Shown here piece after piece: positions 58,960 through 64,000 of a DNA stretch of 64,000 bases. The stretch comes from Psammoneis japonica (taxonomy: Eukaryota), in contig QPGO01000047.1 in assembly GCA_008632985.1 (NCBI GenBank), positions 124,001 through 188,000 on the forward strand. The letters run 5' to 3'. Every line of letters starts with the position of its first letter. Position 1 is the stretch's first letter. The notes under the pieces were generated by a model that saw only the letters and a program-made list of their open reading frames with translations, did no database searches and was not told the origin of the DNA. Made by a program: the position numbers and the translations under genes.

Positions 58960-60175
58960 TCACTCGCAGTGATGCTGGAGTGCCGGATATGTCCTTGCGT
59001 CTTTAACAGCACTGCTCAGAGGGACAGAGTCAAACAATTTATTGTGCATGTCTTCACGCGATTCTCTTTGAGCAAGAACAGCAGTCGGCTCCTTAGGTTC
59101 GTTGAGATGCTTAGTGACAAGTGTTCCGCCCTTGGCGCACTCGTCTAGACAGCTCAAATGTTCTGCGAGTTTGTGGACTTTCTTTGCGTAAACGTGTTCA
59201 CATGCGACAATGTGCTTCATTCGAGTCTGAACTAGCTTTCTCAAGTGTTCGTGGTTCAGTGGCACTTCTGCATGCTTGATCTGGTCGGAAAAATGTTGTC
59301 AAAGAAAGAGTGCAGAGCCTTTGTCGTGCCTCTGTGCCGTCAGAACACACTCCACAAGTGCTGTCTCACGGCACTGTCTCTTGTGTTTTTCTTCGAGAAA
59401 GTATCCGTTCTCAAGGAAATCGCACCGTAGCGGAAGAAAGAGCTCCCAGTCCGTCCACAGTCTTCTCAGAATTTACAGAAACTGTGGGTAAAGCAAAGCC
59501 ATAACAACCCAGAACCTCCAGCTTCCATTTTCGACCGCAATGACAGTCGTGCTGTAGAAACCGACAGAAGCTAAACCATTCCCTGAGAAGCCAGATAGGG
59601 AGCGAAATGAATGTGGGCCAGAGAGAGAGATGTGGAAGCCAAACAGAAGAAACCGTAGTGTCTTGAAATTGTCTAGCCCGACATGTCGCAAGAGCTCGTG
59701 GTCTTCGTCTGACAATGGCCGTCGTCCCATGTCTTCAGAAAGACAGTTCTTTGGTTCACCGGCACAGGACGTGGATCCTTGTCTTGGATCAGTTGTGCCC
59801 GTCTCCATGTGCGGTGTGAACTTGAGCAAACCAGAGAGAGTGCGCTGACCGCATGCTGCGAGAATCGCAGCTTCGCAAGCCTGCTGGCCCCTTCTGTGCC
59901 CATGATTATATCGCCATCACTGCTTCGAGGCGTTTGAACTGGAAAACTCATTCGATTCTTGAATCTAATTCGTCGGGAAGTGCTCCCAGGAAGGGATCAT
60001 CGTTCCATTTTCTGGTCTGGTTCTGTGCAAATCGACGCTGCTCTTGTTCCTTTCGATCTTCCTCCCCGCAAAGTTCACGGCACTCTGCATCTGATTTTTT
60101 CTCTTTAAGTGCGTTTTCAAGTTCGTTTGCAATGCCCGGCGTGCAAGAGCGTGAAATGAAACATTGGCAATTCAT
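58960..60175 (-). pseudogene. Fragmented, partly converted relic gene
   Basis: Protein-like minus-strand fragments (SDAECRELCGEEDRKEQE, LRKLVQTRMKHIVACEHVY) in different frames. Confidence 0.4.
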
Positions 60176-60306
60176 CCTCTGTTGAAAACAACTGTGGCAA
60201 GTAATAACGGCAGTGTTGCGTTTGGCAGTCCCTAGATTTCGACCGGATGGAAGGGTATAAAATCATGGTAGAGAACTTGCTGCAGTCGATCTGCTCCACA
60301 AGCTTG

Positions 60307-62109
60307 TCATGACATTGCTGCTGGTGACACAACTTCCTCCCAGAGTGTGTTTCGTGGCAATTCGTGTTTCAATGCCAAAGCAAGCGCGTCCTTCATCATG
60401 GGTCCATCATTTACAACGGCGTCCTTTCCGTGGCGCTTGTATAGCTCCATGTATGACTGGAGACCTTTGGTGGTCAGGTCTTGATCGATTTCAGGATCAA
60501 ACAGCACCGGAGAAAAGTTGAACACAATCAACCAGACCTTGTCGTCGACATCCATCATCAAATCGGCAGAAAAGATCTCAAACTGCGGTTTGCACATGGA
60601 AGTATCAGTTTGCCTCCGAGCACAGAGCTTGCCTTGCTCAATGGCTCTCGACACAACGCTCGCGAGGACTGCTTGGCATTTCTCCAAGGACCAACCCTTC
60701 ACCTCATGTTTACGCGATAGTCGTAGTCGCTCGTGACGCTGAATCGTGACTTGAGTTTCTGGCAAAAGATCAAGCGGACTCCACGAATTGGGTGAAATCG
60801 ACAAGTAGGCATCACGGTTGGTATAGAGCTTCCATTCCCCGCTCGACTCCTGGAGCAAAAGACTGTAAAACTTTAAATGACACTTTTGGCCGTTTCCGAC
60901 AAGGCGGGGGTTCAAAACGTGCTGTTGAATGATGTGTGTAATCGATGCTTTTCTGATGCTTGGTGATTGACTCGTGGCTGCTGCAGCTCGGCATTCCGAC
61001 AGGGTAGAGAAGCATTCTACAGCACGGCCGCCATTCTTGTCACACTCCTTCAAAAAGAAAGGACCGTTCGTCTCATTGTCCGATGTGTCCTCTGTCACGA
61101 GTTGGCTTTCAACAATGCTGCCATGTTCATTTAGAAACCATGTCGGTGGCATGGCATCATATGCAAGGCTGTGCACCTTTTCCTTTTCGTCGAGCCATTC
61201 TCTTCCCTTGATGAACGTGGATACTTTGCTAAACTGCGGTTCGTCGCACAGGTCTATGACACGCTTACCCAGCGGGCAATAGTACTGCCTTTCATGCGAC
61301 GAAATCATGGATGCGCTATTGTACCATTCCTGCTGTGGGTACTCGTACCAGTCTTCTTGCATCAGCAAACGTTTCATATAGAGTGGCCCATGTCCGCCCC
61401 GCCCCACACTGCAGCAGAACTTGACGCTCTTGTCACTGCCATTCTCGTTGTAGAAATAGTTTTCAAGCCCTACCGCAGAATCAATCATTTCTTCCATGGA
61501 AATGACGGACGCATACAGGGGAATGACGTGCTGCATGACCGCGTATAAACGATCTTCGTTGTCGTCTTGGATACACTCTTGCACGACCGACACTTGTTGG
61601 ATACTGCTCACATCGCACAGCATTTGACACGTGATTTGAATCGAAAACGAGGCCTTTATTCCCACTAGAGTAACATGAGTAACGTTCTCTTGTTCCAAAG
61701 CCGCCAGAATTTTCTGCATGGGCGGCATATGTCCTTGCCTCCAAATCGTAACCGCGTTGCTCGCGTCAACAATCAAGCTTGATTCTACTTCCGACGACGC
61801 GCTGCCTGTTGTAAACCATGACACTGACTTTGTCTTTTCGTATAATCGTTTCAAACCTCCATAGATCTTATGATTGGAGTCAATTCCCCCATAACCGGCG
61901 GGGAACTGCAAGCCAGTGTATATGATTGTCCAGTGGGCAGCGTGAGCTACTTGAACGCACGTCCGAACCAGTTCCAACAGAGCTTGCCGCTTTCCTTCTG
62001 GCGTTATAGACTGTAGCATGTCAGGTTGCATATCACATATGATCAAAGCATCCTTTCTTGAAGAGAACGGTAGGGTATCCATGGTTGCTAGTTTGCAGCG
62101 GCCATCCAA
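60307..62109 (-). CDS. Isochorismatase-like domain fused to tubulin-tyrosine-ligase-like ATP-grasp domain
   Basis: N-terminal ALIICDMQ...VTHVTLVG. C-terminal FFLK.....GR, IIQQHV.NP.L, K.HLK.Y, FEIFSADLMMD...VWLI.FN.SP. Confidence 0.75.
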   Translation of the reverse strand: MDGRCKLATMDTLPFSSRKDALIICDMQPDMLQSITPEGKRQALLELVRTCVQVAHAAHWTIIYTGLQFPAGYGGIDSNHKIYGGLKRLYEKTKSVSWFTTGSASSEVESSLIVDASNAVTIWRQGHMPPMQKILAALEQENVTHVTLVGIKASFSIQITCQMLCDVSSIQQVSVVQECIQDDNEDRLYAVMQHVIPLYASVISMEEMIDSAVGLENYFYNENGSDKSVKFCCSVGRGGHGPLYMKRLLMQEDWYEYPQQEWYNSASMISSHERQYYCPLGKRVIDLCDEPQFSKVSTFIKGREWLDEKEKVHSLAYDAMPPTWFLNEHGSIVESQLVTEDTSDNETNGPFFLKECDKNGGRAVECFSTLSECRAAAATSQSPSIRKASITHIIQQHVLNPRLVGNGQKCHLKFYSLLLQESSGEWKLYTNRDAYLSISPNSWSPLDLLPETQVTIQRHERLRLSRKHEVKGWSLEKCQAVLASVVSRAIEQGKLCARRQTDTSMCKPQFEIFSADLMMDVDDKVWLIVFNFSPVLFDPEIDQDLTTKGLQSYMELYKRHGKDAVVNDGPMMKDALALALKHELPRNTLWEEVVSPAAMS

Positions 62110-62693
62110 CTCGCTTCTGCCATTGCGTTTACTTGCCGTGCCAATTGTCGCAACTTTGGAGCACGATTACCCAAACACGATCGTCGTGTCCCTCTCTGAT
62201 GGTTTTTGCACTCACAGAGCTCTCGCCTCTCGCGCGAGTGGGAATGTGCATTCACGTCGTTACTTCGAGAGTCAGTCAACCATCGCTTGCGCAAACAATC
62301 TCCTTTACAACGTGATTCATTCTTCCTTCTTGGCATGCGAACATCATCATGCCGAAAGAGTTCACACAACATCGATGCAAACGCATGGTGGTGTGCACGG
62401 ATGAGAGAGGACGAGCCGCGCCGCTCGAATCTCGAGGCGCGCGCAGCAGAAATAACGCGCATGGCATGATGGGTGGTCGTGTCAGAGTAGCATTCGCAAA
62501 ACACAAACATCACGATTGATTCAAGAAAGCACCTCATAATAATTGTCGTTCGATAAGGAGTCTGCAAGTTTTTCTTTTCTGACTGTCGGACATCGAAATC
62601 GAGTGCGTTCCAAGAAAGTTGAGATTTTATTAGTGGCTCTCTGCTCTCTCTAGAGGACCAGGAATTGCGCAATACAACAGCAGTTTGGATAAA

Positions 62694-63683
62694 ATGCGTT
62701 TGTCTCCTTCCCATCCCGCCAACACGAACAAGAAGCAGCATATTGTTGTGGCGCTCGGTGGAAATGCCTTGCTAAAACGTGGAGAGCCACTCTCGGTATC
62801 GGTACAGCGCAAGAACATTGCCGAGGGGATGCAACGTCTTGGTCCCATCTTGCAAAAGCACACTGCTACAATCGTACATGGCAATGGTCCTCAAGTTGGG
62901 TTGTTGGCGCTCATGGGAGCCGCCTATCAAAAAGAGTCGGGTATTGAACAGATGGAGCTTGATGTGTTGGACGCGGAGACCGAAGGCATGATTGGGTACT
63001 TGATTGAACAGGAGCTGCATCCCTACATTGCTAGAGAGCGGGGAGTTGTTACACTCTTGTCCCAAATTGTGGTGGATCCCAATGACCCTGCCTTTGGCAA
63101 TCCCACCAAGTTTATTGGTCCCATTTATACAAAAGAGGAAGCGAAGAAGATCAAAGGAACTCTCAAAAAGGACGGAGAGTACTATCGACGAGTTGTTGCA
63201 TCACCACTTCCGGTGAGACTCATTGACCAGCAAATGCATGCCGTAAAACTCTTGACCGCGGCGAATGCCATTGTTATATGCGCTGGAGGAGGTGGTATAC
63301 CCGTTGTTGAAGATCCAGAGACAAAGCAGCTAAAGGGTGTTGAGGCTGTCATTGATAAAGACCGAGCTGCAGCAATGATGGGCCGCAGTCTCAAGGCTGA
63401 TGGTCTGCTCATTTTGACCGACGTGTCGGGAGTGGCAATTCATTTTGGTTCTTCAGACGAGAAGTGGATCAAGTCCGTTTCTCCCGAGCGGCTGCGAGAA
63501 ATGGCGGATCAGTTCCCAGCAGGATCCATGGGTCCAAAGGTGGAAAGCGCCATTGAGTTTGTCGCACAGAGCGGCGGGTGGAGTGCGATTGCGTCATTGA
63601 AGCATGTCGACAAGATGATGGCGGGTATGGCTGGCACCTTTGTGACGAACGATCATGGTCCTGACCACATAGAATATTATTGA
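62694..63683 (+). CDS. arcC: Carbamate kinase
   Basis: [58 protein letters not shown]. Intronless. Confidence 0.96.
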   Translation: MRLSPSHPANTNKKQHIVVALGGNALLKRGEPLSVSVQRKNIAEGMQRLGPILQKHTATIVHGNGPQVGLLALMGAAYQKESGIEQMELDVLDAETEGMIGYLIEQELHPYIARERGVVTLLSQIVVDPNDPAFGNPTKFIGPIYTKEEAKKIKGTLKKDGEYYRRVVASPLPVRLIDQQMHAVKLLTAANAIVICAGGGGIPVVEDPETKQLKGVEAVIDKDRAAAMMGRSLKADGLLILTDVSGVAIHFGSSDEKWIKSVSPERLREMADQFPAGSMGPKVESAIEFVAQSGGWSAIASLKHVDKMMAGMAGTFVTNDHGPDHIEYY

Positions 63684-64000
63684 TGACAACACGTTCAACG
63701 TAACGAGGAAAGGAGATACGCTATTGACTTTTAGACGATGCATTCTCGAGCGTAATTCATACCATACAGTATTATAACATAGCTAAGATAGATCACAAAA
63801 TATTGAGGTCGGGCTTGTCGGTGAGTTGTAGTTGCATCTATGATACTTGGAGTACCTAAGCTCTAGCAAGAGAAATAGCTAAGGCGCAACCGCTCGGACT
63901 TCCTAGACGAGTTGAGAATACGATGATTGCCATTCCAACGGTAGTGATAGTATCAACAATGACAGCTTCCGTTACAGTATCAACAACTCTGCGTGTAGTA

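Larger units (their letters stand above)
53232..60200. other. TpA-depleted block 4 with CpG largely retained, containing several relic genes
   Basis: Very few TA over 53232-58600, partial recovery over 58600-59950, depleted again over 59950-60200. Confidence 0.85.

Noticed and set aside
62694..63683. Bacterial contamination suggested by intronless arcC and cyclase
   Set aside because: Both are contiguous with intron-containing eukaryotic genes of similar composition, and carbamate kinase is already known from diatom nuclear genomes.

Overview
Eukaryotic nuclear DNA, most likely a pennate diatom (inferred from short GT-AG introns, compact genes, HSF transcription factor, GPCR-like paralogs, carbamate kinase and mitochondrial-type FtsZ). 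About 20 ordinary protein-coding genes are interrupted by four sharply bounded blocks (about 6.3-9.5, 20.3-21.5, 32.5-36.4 and 53.2-60.2 kb) in which the dinucleotide TpA has almost vanished. The surviving TpA sit mostly in TTA/TAA context. Relic proteins in these blocks have no Tyr and carry Cys/His at Tyr-like positions, and tandem copies differ by TA/TG/CA exchanges. This is the main finding: a regional, context-specific TpA->TpG/CpA (A:T->G:C) hypermutation acting on repeats and relic genes, opposite in direction to fungal RIP and separable from CpG decay. A modified-base basecalling artefact is the alternative to exclude. Secondary items are a presequence-bearing GlmS, a bacterial-type Zn-ribbon adenylate cyclase, a putatively plastid-targeted YqaJ-like nuclease, and an isochorismatase-TTL fusion head-to-head with carbamate kinase. 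All counts are manual and no database searches were run.
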